64,000 nt of DNA from Chloroflexota bacterium (GTDB lineage Bacteria; Chloroflexota; UBA11872; VXOZ01). Of the stretch, positions 40,413 to 49,782 are shown piece after piece. Each line of letters begins with the position of its first letter. Positions within the stretch are counted from its first letter, which is position 1. The stretch is taken from positions 896,001 through 960,000 of the forward strand of contig OZ219802.1 in assembly GCA_964291655.2 (NCBI GenBank), read 5' to 3'. A program made the translations under genes and the position numbers. A model generated the notes under the pieces. It was not told the origin of the DNA, ran no database searches, and saw only the letters and a program-made list of their open reading frames with translations.

Positions 40413-41630
40413 ATGAGCACAGCAGAGGTTCAAACACGTGTCCGCGAACTGGAACCGGAACTCGTGGCAATTCGGCGAGAGATCCACCGACACCCTGAAG
40501 TTGCCTTCGAACTGGATAACACGCCACGCATTGTCGCCGAGAAACTCGCAGCCGCCGGCTGGGAGGTGGAAACTGACGTTGGCGGGCAAGGGGTGGTCGG
40601 CATTCTGCACGGCAGCCGTCCCGGCAAGGTGCTGGCTATTCGACCGGATATGGACGCCCTGCCGTTCCCCGATTGGAAGCAGGTTCCCTACGCGTCACAG
40701 ACTCCCGACGTGATGCACGCGTGCGGCCATGACGCCCACACGGCCATCGGCATCGGCATTGCCGCGATCCTCGCGAACATGCGCGATCAGTTTGCAGGGA
40801 CGGTCAAGCTGCTCTTCGATCCGGCAGAAGAGACGGGCGGCGCGTCCGAAGCCTTGGGCGGCCCGCCGTGCGGACCCAAAGCCCTGCGGGCGGCCGGTGT
40901 GCTGGATAACCCGAAGGTGGACGCCTTGATGGGATTCCACAACCTGCCTGAAATCCCGGTAGGCCAGGTGTGGTTGCGCCCCGGCGTGATCTTTACGGGA
41001 TACGACATGTTTTCACTGGAGATCACCGGAAAAGAGACCCACGCCGCGCGCAGACACCAAGGGAAAGACGCCATTCTGGCAGCGAGCCACGTCATCCAAA
41101 CTCTCTTCGGCGCCGGCTCCCGCGTGGCGCCAAACAATCAGGTGTACTCCCTGAACGTCGGCCTTATCGAGGGCGGCAAGGACTATAACCTGATTCCATC
41201 GACAGTCAAAATGAAGGGGTCCGTACGCTGCGGCGATCTTGTCACGCGCGCAGGACTGGGCGAGCGCCTGGCAGCCCTGGTAGAGTCCGCCGCTGAAAGT
41301 GCGGATTGTACTGCGGAATTCTCACTTACGCGGGGCAACCCGCCAGTGGTGAATAATCCCGCCCTGGCGTCACTCGTGCACGCTACCGCGGCCGGAGTTC
41401 TCGGCACTGACAACGCCGTAATGATGGACGCCCCGCTGCTCATCGGCGATACGTTCTGCTTCCTGGCCGAGGGTGTCCCCAGCGTCTACTGGCTGTTCGG
41501 CTCGGGCAATGCCGACCGCGGCATCACCTACCCCCTGCACCACAGCCTGTACGATCTCGACGAAGCCTCAATCGGGCATGCACTGCAAGTGGCGGTGGAA
41601 GCGACGCTTTCGTATCTCAACACCGCGTAA
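40413..41630 (+). CDS. M20 family amidohydrolase (Acy1/hippurate hydrolase-like)
   Basis: RREIHRHPE, DMDALP, MHACGHDAH, PAEE and PLHH. Confidence 0.92.
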   Translation: MSTAEVQTRVRELEPELVAIRREIHRHPEVAFELDNTPRIVAEKLAAAGWEVETDVGGQGVVGILHGSRPGKVLAIRPDMDALPFPDWKQVPYASQTPDVMHACGHDAHTAIGIGIAAILANMRDQFAGTVKLLFDPAEETGGASEALGGPPCGPKALRAAGVLDNPKVDALMGFHNLPEIPVGQVWLRPGVIFTGYDMFSLEITGKETHAARRHQGKDAILAASHVIQTLFGAGSRVAPNNQVYSLNVGLIEGGKDYNLIPSTVKMKGSVRCGDLVTRAGLGERLAALVESAAESADCTAEFSLTRGNPPVVNNPALASLVHATAAGVLGTDNAVMMDAPLLIGDTFCFLAEGVPSVYWLFGSGNADRGITYPLHHSLYDLDEASIGHALQVAVEATLSYLNTA

Positions 41631-42007
41631 GCCAACTATACTCTGGCGACAACCCTTAGAGTTGCCGGAAATTTGTAGAGTAGAATAATGCGAGAGTTCA
41701 GATTAACTGCGGTCAAGGTGTAAGCCTCGCGTAGGGAAGTCCGCCTTCACCTTAAAACGTGTCCCAGAGGACTGATGTGTAGCCGGACCATGCAATCTGG
41801 TAATCTAATTGAGAATGGCTGCATTGAGTAGAGTCCGCACATTCTCTGAAACTGCGGGCATATTGGTAATGTTCGTAGAAGACTGCTAGTCCCTCTTGCC
41901 CTGATTTTGTCCCCAGATTAGCATAATCCTGCAACTAGATTCTGCAGCACTTGTTCCTGCACCCCGCTTTCAGCCCGCCATGCTATGAGATACGAAAGGG
42001 CGCCTTT

Positions 42008-43600
42008 GTGAAGCGGATCGTCTTATTGCTTTCATTGGGGCTCTGTATTGCCGCTTGCGGCAGAGCCGAAACAGAACCATCGCCGCCGCATACGCCGACG
42101 GCGAATCCAACGACTGCACCGCAGCAAACTCCAAAACCCAAGCCGCCAGCTCGTCCGAGCCCAACGCGCGAGTTGATAGCGACGCCCGCGCCGCAACGCG
42201 AATACGTTGTGAAAGCGGGGGACACCCTGTATTCCATTGCTCGGCAGTTCGGTCTGAGTGTGCAGGCGCTCTCCAACTTCAACCGGCTTTCCAATCCAGA
42301 AATGATCACAGTGGGTCAAGTATTGCGCATTCCATCTGCGGCGATCATAGCGAAAACTCCAAAGGCAAGTCCCACGCCGCCGCAAGGTCCGGCAGCAGCC
42401 GATTGCTCGTTTCGGCTAGGCTTTAGGGCACTCTATGAATTCTTGCCAGCAATAGTCGGGCAGTGCCTCGAAAACGAGCAATACAATGCCAGTGGCGAAA
42501 GCCTACAAAGAACAACCAACGGTCTCTTGGTTTGGAGTAAGGCTGACAATCGTACGAGTTTCACCGACGGCGACTGGACCTGGATTCACGGAAGGGATGG
42601 TATCCAGAAGCTGCGCAACAGTGACCGCATTAGCTGGGATCCACCAGGTCCAGAGCTTGCGCAGGCGCTAGAAGCACTGCGCGCCACACGTACCGGCGAG
42701 AGAGTATTCACCATGTTAATGCAGTTGGGCGCCACTGCTAAATTCGGGAGAATTGAGGGTATTTCTCGCTTTAGCCCATTCCGCAACCTCATTACAGTTA
42801 ACGAAGAGTACCGGGGCGAGAGTTCCGACGCCCTTGCACACATTCTCATCTGGCCAACGATAGCTTCCCATAATGCGGCTGAGCATTGGCAATCTTGGAG
42901 CGACTGCATGGATAGTATATCTGAACGGGAGGTCTTTCAAGCCCAATGGTGGCAAGAGCGGTATGGCGAAACCGGCAAGAAAGATCCCACAGAATTGGAG
43001 CTTTGGGCAAACTATGAAATGACTCTCCTCATTAACGAAAGCCTAGACCTGTGGTTACTGCTTAGCCCACACTATCGGCAGCAGTGCGAGAATTTCGGAA
43101 CTCCGCTGCAGCACATCGATCCGACAATCGCTAAAGGATACCAAACGGCACTGATGGGTGGCGAGTCCGCATTGGGTAAAGCAGTGGCAGAGACTATAAC
43201 CAATTCCCATACAGATGTTGTGTTTGGCCATTTGGACGCTTCCCTTGGTCGCTATTCCCCATCCCGCAACCGCATCACGTTGAACGAAAAACTTCGCGAC
43301 GCGAGCACGGACGTCTTAGCAGCCGTGCTAGTTCACGAGACGACTCACGTAGCGCAATATGGTCACAACAAGAAGAAGCGTTCACCAGCCGAGTGCATTA
43401 CAGAGGAAATAGAGGCGTTCAAAGCGGAAGCCCAATGGTGGGCAGAGCGACACGGCCGCCATGGCAAAGACCAGCCCAATCCAATTGAACAACGGATGAA
43501 CAACCTGATTCAAGCTTGGCTCGACGAACGGTTGGAAGAGTTCGTTCTGCTTAGCGACGGCTATCAAGAACAATGCTTGGGCGGCGTTGTGGATTCATAA
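42008..43600 (+). CDS. LysM lipoprotein with a Chloroflexi-type domain and tandem zincin-like domains
   Basis: GTG start, IAAC lipobox, Pro-rich linker, LysM (YVVKAGDTLYSIARQFG) and VLVHETTH...EE. Confidence 0.82.
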   Translation: MKRIVLLLSLGLCIAACGRAETEPSPPHTPTANPTTAPQQTPKPKPPARPSPTRELIATPAPQREYVVKAGDTLYSIARQFGLSVQALSNFNRLSNPEMITVGQVLRIPSAAIIAKTPKASPTPPQGPAAADCSFRLGFRALYEFLPAIVGQCLENEQYNASGESLQRTTNGLLVWSKADNRTSFTDGDWTWIHGRDGIQKLRNSDRISWDPPGPELAQALEALRATRTGERVFTMLMQLGATAKFGRIEGISRFSPFRNLITVNEEYRGESSDALAHILIWPTIASHNAAEHWQSWSDCMDSISEREVFQAQWWQERYGETGKKDPTELELWANYEMTLLINESLDLWLLLSPHYRQQCENFGTPLQHIDPTIAKGYQTALMGGESALGKAVAETITNSHTDVVFGHLDASLGRYSPSRNRITLNEKLRDASTDVLAAVLVHETTHVAQYGHNKKKRSPAECITEEIEAFKAEAQWWAERHGRHGKDQPNPIEQRMNNLIQAWLDERLEEFVLLSDGYQEQCLGGVVDS

Positions 43601-43788
43601 CTTAGGGAATCTGGCTGCAGGCTTGAATGACGCGTCGCGCAGACTTGTACCTCACTTGGCATGGTTTACCACGCGCCTGCCAGAAGACTAAGCGGCGCGG
43701 CCGGTGTTTGGCGGGGTAGGGTTTCCATTGCGCGGGTAGACGCTAGACACCAACCTCTTGTGCCTCTTCAGCCCTAACTTCGCAGAAT

Positions 43789-44232
43789 TCACAGACCGGG
43801 ATCGAGTGGCAAATTTGCAAGCAGTTCCGGCTCTATCTCTTCAAGCGGCAGCGCCTCATGTAAGACTGTAACGTCGGGCGACGGATTAGTGGGGAGCCAA
43901 ACCGCCCGCCCAACCACCAGGTTGTCGGCAACGAAGAAGACCAGTACTTGCGCGCGCGGGTAGCGGCCACGCAAGAACTCCGCAAAGGGCATGATGCGCC
44001 CGACTCGACCGGCATCGTCGAGTGCATGCCAATAGGCGATCGACGGCTCGTCTAACGGCATGACGATGACGTTGGCGACGCTCACCGCGCGGCGGTACGC
44101 GGCATCATCTCCTTCCAAGTCCATGTCCTCAGGCGCCAGCGAGAGATACGCGTCACAATTCCACTGCTCACGCTTCTCCTGGCGGGAGATGAGATCGGCG
44201 GCTGCCCGCGCCTCTCGGTTATTGCCTGCCAT
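43789..44232 (-). CDS. Hypothetical protein
   Basis: 147-aa ORF with protein-like composition downstream of mutL. Confidence 0.6.
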   Translation of the reverse strand: MAGNNREARAAADLISRQEKREQWNCDAYLSLAPEDMDLEGDDAAYRRAVSVANVIVMPLDEPSIAYWHALDDAGRVGRIMPFAEFLRGRYPRAQVLVFFVADNLVVGRAVWLPTNPSPDVTVLHEALPLEEIEPELLANLPLDPGL

Positions 44233-44376
44233 GCTTCTCGTCTGCCCTTGTTAGGTAAACCGGTCATTCGTGAACAGAGCAGGGGACAAGCCCCCGCGCT
44301 ACGACTTAACGGCTGTCCGCGCAGTCTTGCTGCGACACTGCAACTGAACCCTACCACACAATGGGATTGGCCCCGC

Positions 44377-46086
44377 TTACGTGCGCCCAAATTCCCGCGC
44401 CAGTTGCGCATGGGAGAGCCGCACCATCGTCGGACGGCCGTGGGGACACGTGCGCGCCAGATCGCACCTTTCCAACGCGCTAAGCAGCGCTGTTATCTGC
44501 TCGTGGGAGAGCGTGTCCCCCGCCTTTACCGCGCCGTGGCACGCAATTATCCACCGGAGCCGCTCAAGCGGATCGCCGCGATAGTCCGGGTTATCCTTCT
44601 GCTCGATCACCGTCGCCACAAATTGCCCCCAGTCATGACCCTTCTCCGCCAGAAACGTGGGAACCGCCCGCAAGAGCCATGCGCCGCTGCCAAACGGTTC
44701 CACTTCAAAACCCATGCGCTGCAGGTCCTCTGCGTACCCCTCCAGCCATTGCAGGTGCGGCGGCGCCAGCGACAGTGGTTGTGGTTGGAGCAACTGCTGT
44801 CGCTGCGCTTCGGGCAGCCGCTTGAGGACGGCTTCGTAGAGTACGCGCTCGTGCGCCGAGTGTTGATCGATGAGATACATGCCATCTCTGCCTTCGGCAA
44901 TGAGGTACATTGCATTGATCTGCCCAAGTACCCGCAACTCCGACGGTGCGGTGGGCGCGGCTTGCAGCGCGCCGTTGTCCGGCGCAGGCCCTTCCGCGCC
45001 CACCGGACGAAAGAGGTCGACCGCTCGAGCGCTCTGGCCCGGACTTGCCTGCGCCTCGGGGTTGCGCCACGTGTCCGCCGATTGGAAGCGCTGGCGCATG
45101 GGCTGCACGGCCACGTGCTGCGAAAGTACCGAGCGCAGTACATGACGCATCTGCCGTACGACGCGGGCCGAGTCTTTCAGTCGAATGTCCGACTTTTGCG
45201 GATGCACATTTACGTCAACCTCTTCCCAAGGGAGCGAGACGTTGAGGGCCGCCAGCGGGTATCGTCCGTCAGGCATGAGTTCCGCATACACGTCCGTGAG
45301 CGCATAGAGAAGCGCCCGCTGCTGTACCCAACGGTTATTTACGAAGAGGGAGACGCCGGTGCGGTTGCCGCGGTTCACCGTGGGCTGCACGAGCACGCCC
45401 TGCACCAACGGATCGTCCACCGGAATCAACTGTTCGGCAAGCTCGTGGCCGTGCATGGCGATGAAAACGTCCTCGATGCTCCCACTGCCGGCGGACGCAA
45501 AGACTTCACGCCCGCTTACCGTGAGGGTAAAACGCACGGCGGGGCGACTCAGGGCCAGGTGCTGCACGCATTGCGTGACGCGTTGTGTTTCCGCCTGCGG
45601 GCTCTTGCAGAAAGCCAGCCGCGCCGGCACGTTGAAAAAGAGCTGCCGCACGTCCACGGCAGTGCCAACCGGCCCGGCGGTTGCCGTCACCTTCGGATCA
45701 TCGCCACCGGCGGTCTTAAGCTGCTGCGCGGCGCGGTCTTGGGCTGTGCGGGAACGGATGTCCAGATGCGATACCGCCGCGATGGAAGCCAGCGCCTCGC
45801 CACGAAATCCCAGCGTGCGAATGGCCGCGAGGTCGTCCACGCTGCCAATCTTGCTGGTGGCATAGCGGCGCACCGTGAGCGGAAGATCGTTCGCGGCAAT
45901 TCCCACTCCGTCGTCTTCGACGCGTAGACGGCGCAGCCCACCCTGCTCGATGACTACTGCGATGGAGGTCGCTTGCGCGTCAAGCGCGTTTTCACACAAC
46001 TCCTTGACCACCGAAGCGGGACGTTCCACCACCTCTCCCGCCGCAATCTTTGCCGCGAGCGCGGCAGGCAACACTTGAACGGCCAT
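44377..46086 (-). CDS. mutL: DNA mismatch repair endonuclease MutL
   Basis: IAAGEVVERPASVVKEL, GFRGEAL, DVNVHP, DQHSAHER, ACH and CPHGRP. Confidence 0.97.
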   Translation of the reverse strand: MAVQVLPAALAAKIAAGEVVERPASVVKELCENALDAQATSIAVVIEQGGLRRLRVEDDGVGIAANDLPLTVRRYATSKIGSVDDLAAIRTLGFRGEALASIAAVSHLDIRSRTAQDRAAQQLKTAGGDDPKVTATAGPVGTAVDVRQLFFNVPARLAFCKSPQAETQRVTQCVQHLALSRPAVRFTLTVSGREVFASAGSGSIEDVFIAMHGHELAEQLIPVDDPLVQGVLVQPTVNRGNRTGVSLFVNNRWVQQRALLYALTDVYAELMPDGRYPLAALNVSLPWEEVDVNVHPQKSDIRLKDSARVVRQMRHVLRSVLSQHVAVQPMRQRFQSADTWRNPEAQASPGQSARAVDLFRPVGAEGPAPDNGALQAAPTAPSELRVLGQINAMYLIAEGRDGMYLIDQHSAHERVLYEAVLKRLPEAQRQQLLQPQPLSLAPPHLQWLEGYAEDLQRMGFEVEPFGSGAWLLRAVPTFLAEKGHDWGQFVATVIEQKDNPDYRGDPLERLRWIIACHGAVKAGDTLSHEQITALLSALERCDLARTCPHGRPTMVRLSHAQLAREFGRT

Positions 46087-46263
46087 GTTTTGTTCCTCTC
46101 CACGCTCAACCCGGTAGCAGGATAGCAATCGCCGCAGCCTCGGGTCAAAAGCGCTACAAACCGAGACCCGCTCGCTTTGCCTTAAATCACATCTTCACTC
46201 CGCCAGTGTAAGAGAATATTCGTAATTACAATCAATAAAGTTAAATACTCTTACTAAAGATAC

Positions 46264-46292
46264 TTGACAAAGAGCGACGCATATTTTAGAAT
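46264..46292 (+). promoter_or_regulatory. sigma70-type promoter of hsp20
   Basis: TTGACA-N17-TAGAAT. Confidence 0.7.
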
Positions 46293-46341
46293 ACTAGCAG
46301 AGGCTTGGTTCATCAACAGTAAAGTAAGAGGAGGAATTACA

Positions 46342-46794
46342 ATGGCTGAACTCAAGCGCTACGAGCCCCACACCTACGCGACGGTGCAGGATGTCTTCGA
46401 CCGGCTCTTCGACCGGTCGCTCTTTGGCCCTGGTCTGTTTAGCAACGGCGCCACAACCCCGGTAAACCGAGGCTTCCCTGCCAACCTTTGGGAGACCGAT
46501 GAAGCCTATGTGCTGGAGTTGGCAATCCCGGGCGCAAGTCCCGATGACGTCGAGATGACCCTGAGCAAGGGCAGCCTGATCATCAAAGGCCGCTACGAGC
46601 GTCCCGAGACCGAGACGGGTACCAGCATCTGGCGCAACTTGCCTGAAGGCGAGTTCGAGATTGCCTACACGCTTCCGAGCGCCGTCTACGCCGACGAGGC
46701 CGCGGTTTCCTGGTCGAACGGCATCTTCAAGGTGCACTTGCCCAAGGAGGAGAAGGCGAAGTCGAAGCGGCTCAAGATCCGCGTAGGGGAATAG
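46342..46794 (+). CDS. Hsp20/alpha-crystallin small heat-shock protein
   Basis: PANLWET, LAIPG, LPSAV and NGIFKVHLPK; GAGGAGG RBS. Confidence 0.92.
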   Translation: MAELKRYEPHTYATVQDVFDRLFDRSLFGPGLFSNGATTPVNRGFPANLWETDEAYVLELAIPGASPDDVEMTLSKGSLIIKGRYERPETETGTSIWRNLPEGEFEIAYTLPSAVYADEAAVSWSNGIFKVHLPKEEKAKSKRLKIRVGE

Positions 46795-46826
46795 GCACAA
46801 TTTCGCCTGCGCCACAGACAGCAACT

Positions 46827-46860
46827 GACGCCCACAGGAATTTGCTCCTGTGGGCGTCTT
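46827..46860 (+). terminator. Hairpin terminator after hsp20
   Basis: 13-bp stem GACGCCCACAGGA/TCCTGTGGGCGTC. Confidence 0.7.
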
Positions 46861-47011
46861 GCGTTACATGACCGGAATGCAGCTGGAAATCCGTGATTCC
46901 TGCAGGTGTTGAGTAATTCGTTGGCTGAAGCCTCTTCCCATTTGAGACCCTTGCGAAACTCATCTGCAGGCGAGGAAACTTCCCTCTTCCCTTGGAGAGC
47001 TTTACGTAACT

Positions 47012-48628
47012 CTAACGAGCACATGGAATTGGGCTGGAACGATGAAGATTCGCCCTCACCCCGGCCCTCTCCCCCGGAGGCTGTCTCAATATTTTGGTGC
47101 GGGGCACGGTGAATGGGGTGAGAAGGACAGACAGATGGCGGGTGGTATGAACAAGACGGTGCCAGTGAGAGACTCGTCCCCGGGGCGACGCTGGACTACA
47201 CCCAGACCGCCACAGGGCGTGGAGGCTCTTGAGATTGAACGCGGTGGCCAGCAGGTGCCATTCGGACGTCACGTGGCTGCGGCCTCTGAGCAGGAAGCGC
47301 CTGGCACTGTGCCACTCCTTGAGCAGGCCAAAGACCGGCTCGACGATGGTACTCCGGCGGCGGTACACCTGCTTGGCAGGCGCGGTGGCCATCAACTGCC
47401 TGTGCCGTTGCAGTATTGGCTCGTAGGCGCTGATCTTTATGGAGCGGCCCCTCTGGGAGGAGGTGCAGACGCCGAAGGCCGGACAGGTTCTGCAGTCCCG
47501 GCCGTTGGCTTGGTACCGCTTGACCCGGTAGCCGTTGCTGTGGGTCAAGCGGTGCGTGTAGGTGAGCACCTTTTGCTGGGGACACAGGTAGGTGTCGGTC
47601 TCTGGACGGTAGGTGAAGTGGTCTTTATGGTAGGGGTTGCGGCGTCTGCGCTCGTGGGTCGTGGGCATCAATACCGTGTGGCCGCCGGCGTGGCACGTGG
47701 CGAGGTTGGCCCCCGAATGGTAGCCGGCGTCCGCAACGGTCACCACGTCCCGCGCGGCGTCGATGTTCTCCTGCGCCGCCTCGATCAGCGGCGCCAGGTG
47801 GGGATGGTCGTCGGCACTGGCGCTCACGTCCACGGCTGTGATCAACCTCCCCCCTGCGCCCTCGTCCGGGGACGCAAGAGGGGAGACCAGCGCCTGGGCG
47901 TTGTAGCCGGTGATGAAGCCACCCATGCCAGTCTTGAGCAGGGCCGCGTCCGCATCAGTCAGGTTCGTGTAGCGCGGCCCGTCCTCAGCCGCGACGCGGG
48001 CGAGCGCGTCGTCCACCCGCCGCCGCAGGGCCTGGGCATCGGCAAGTTCCTGCGGCAAAGTCGCTGGCGGCGCGTCGCCCCCCGTGGCGTTCTGCGCCTC
48101 CAGGTCCGCGATCGCTTGCTCGGTGCGGGACAACAGCCGCTGCAGCCCCTGCGCGTCGTGGGTATGCCGCGTCCCGGCGTTGGCCGCGATCCTGGTGCCG
48201 TCCACCGCCTGGATTGCCAACTCCACCAGGCCGGCTCGCACCGCCGTGCGCACCGTGCGCTTGAGCAGCATCCGCATCCGGTCGCGGTGCGCCTTGTAGA
48301 AGCGCCACAGCGTGTTGTGGTCCGGCTGCTGCATCCCCACCAGCCACAGGTACGGTACCTGATCCCGGCAGGCTGCCTCCAGCTTGCGGCTCGAGCGCAC
48401 GCCGGTCATGAAGCCGTAGACCCATACGCCCAGCAGCGCGCGCGGATGGTAGGCCCCGGCGCCACGCGGATCGCCTTGCAGGTCAATCTCCATCGCCTCC
48501 CAGGCCGCAGCATCGAGGCTGTCCACGAACGCTGCCGCAAACCTGACAGGATGGTCGTCCGGGATCAGTTCGTCCAGCGTCGGCGGCAACAGCCAGGCCT
48601 GTTCACGACTAAACGGTCTCAACGGCAT
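47012..48628 (-). CDS. IS1182-family transposase
   Basis: LLPP.LDELIP.DH, SSRKLE, PDHNTL.RF, DGT, DAGY and RR..VEPVFG. The ORF reads through the IS end to a stop in flanking DNA. Confidence 0.93.
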   Translation of the reverse strand: MPLRPFSREQAWLLPPTLDELIPDDHPVRFAAAFVDSLDAAAWEAMEIDLQGDPRGAGAYHPRALLGVWVYGFMTGVRSSRKLEAACRDQVPYLWLVGMQQPDHNTLWRFYKAHRDRMRMLLKRTVRTAVRAGLVELAIQAVDGTRIAANAGTRHTHDAQGLQRLLSRTEQAIADLEAQNATGGDAPPATLPQELADAQALRRRVDDALARVAAEDGPRYTNLTDADAALLKTGMGGFITGYNAQALVSPLASPDEGAGGRLITAVDVSASADDHPHLAPLIEAAQENIDAARDVVTVADAGYHSGANLATCHAGGHTVLMPTTHERRRRNPYHKDHFTYRPETDTYLCPQQKVLTYTHRLTHSNGYRVKRYQANGRDCRTCPAFGVCTSSQRGRSIKISAYEPILQRHRQLMATAPAKQVYRRRSTIVEPVFGLLKEWHSARRFLLRGRSHVTSEWHLLATAFNLKSLHALWRSGCSPASPRGRVSHWHRLVHTTRHLSVLLTPFTVPRTKILRQPPGERAGVRANLHRSSPIPCAR

Positions 48629-48720
48629 CGTCACTACCTCTCTACAAACTATCCCACCACCTCACCTTGCTTCTCTTCACACCAGTATATATCCAGTAGA
48701 TCTATTTTTGAGACACCCTC
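47077..48720 (-). mobile_element. IS1182-family insertion sequence
   Basis: TIRs GAGGCTGTCTCAA...TTGAGACACCCTC; inserted in a REP hairpin loop; no clear TSD. Confidence 0.9.
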
Positions 48721-49160
48721 TTGGGGAGAGGGTGCAGAGTACGGATCCGAGTGAACTTGGAGCGGCTCCGGTTCCCTCTCCTGAGGGAGAGGGTTAGGGT
48801 GAGGGGTCTTTTTGCTGCAATGGCCGCTAGCGTGGCGCAGTTTCAAGATGCATCGGTGCTAAGTCGGTAGGCACTTAGAGTGATTCTACGAGATTCATCC
48901 TCACCCCCGTATCACGTACGGGCCAGGCTCTAGCCCTCTCCCGTTGAGGGAGGGGAGCTCTCCCGTTTCCGCTAGGGTTATGCAAGAGTCTCCCATTTGG
49001 CAGTGCTTACCGTTCACGTCATCTTCAGCGGAGCGTCGAACAGGACTCGATGACTTCGTCACAGATACAGAACCTAAGGCCCATGCCGCAAGTCGCCAGA
49101 AATGCTCAACATCTCTTATTCTTCGCTCCGAGCGACTCTTCGCTGTGCTACGTTCGGAAT

Positions 49161-49691
49161 TGTAAGTGTTGAGTAATTCGTTGACAGATTATGCAGAAGA
49201 ATCCTTGTAGCGAAACTCTGCGCTCGCCTGAATGCGTGACATTCCGAACGGAGTGAAGAATCTAGAGTGCTACAGCCGTCAAAGTGCGTTGAGCAGGGAC
49301 CCTGGATTCCGCAAACAGGGTTTGACGCGACGCTCGGAATCACAAGGCCTTGCAGCGCTCTCTACGGGAAAGCGGATTCTGTCAACGAATTACTCAACAC
49401 TTACAGTCATCGGGAGCAGATTGATGCGCAGCTAGATGCTCTGAACTCAGAACCTCTCACAGAAAGAGGCACTCTGCTAACCCAGGCGCAACCCGGCTCC
49501 CTTTGCCTGTCATTCTGGGGGAGTTCTTCGACAAGCCTGTCTTGAGCCTGCCGAAAGGCTCAGAATAAACTTTGCGCCGAAGAATCTCGTGTCACAGGGT
49601 TCCAGATTCCTCGCTGCGCTCGGAATGACAGGATCTGTCAACACTGACAATTGGGGAGAGGACTCTGTCAGCGCAATACTCAACACTTACA
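49161..49691. mobile_element. TGTAAG-ended MITE/composite inserted in a GGAATGACA-type REP
   Basis: Left end TGTAAGTGTTGAGTAATTCGTTGACAGA has a perfect 28-bp inverse at 49378-49405. A second right end at 49664-49691 gives TSD GGAAT. Confidence 0.78.
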
Positions 49692-49782
49692 GGAATGACA
49701 CGCAATACTGCTCAACAATAGGGATCAAGTCCAAGTCTAGGTATTCTGGAGAGATCGCACGTTTCCAGCGTCACGATATCCC

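Larger units (their letters stand above)
46944..48992. mobile_element. GAGAC-TIR element enclosing the IS1182
   Basis: Ends GAGACCCTTGC...GCAAGAGTCTC flanked by a 6-bp direct repeat CCATTT (46938-46943 and 48993-48998). Confidence 0.78.

Noticed and set aside
41771-41852. Hammerhead ribozyme (CTGATG...GAAAC)
   Set aside because: The core reads CTGATGT, not CUGANGA, and the stems do not fit the hammerhead topology.
44248-45927. 559-aa plus-strand ORF
   Set aside because: Antisense shadow of mutL in GC-rich DNA, with no recognisable motifs.
47042-48754. 570-aa plus-strand ORF
   Set aside because: Antisense shadow of the IS1182 transposase.
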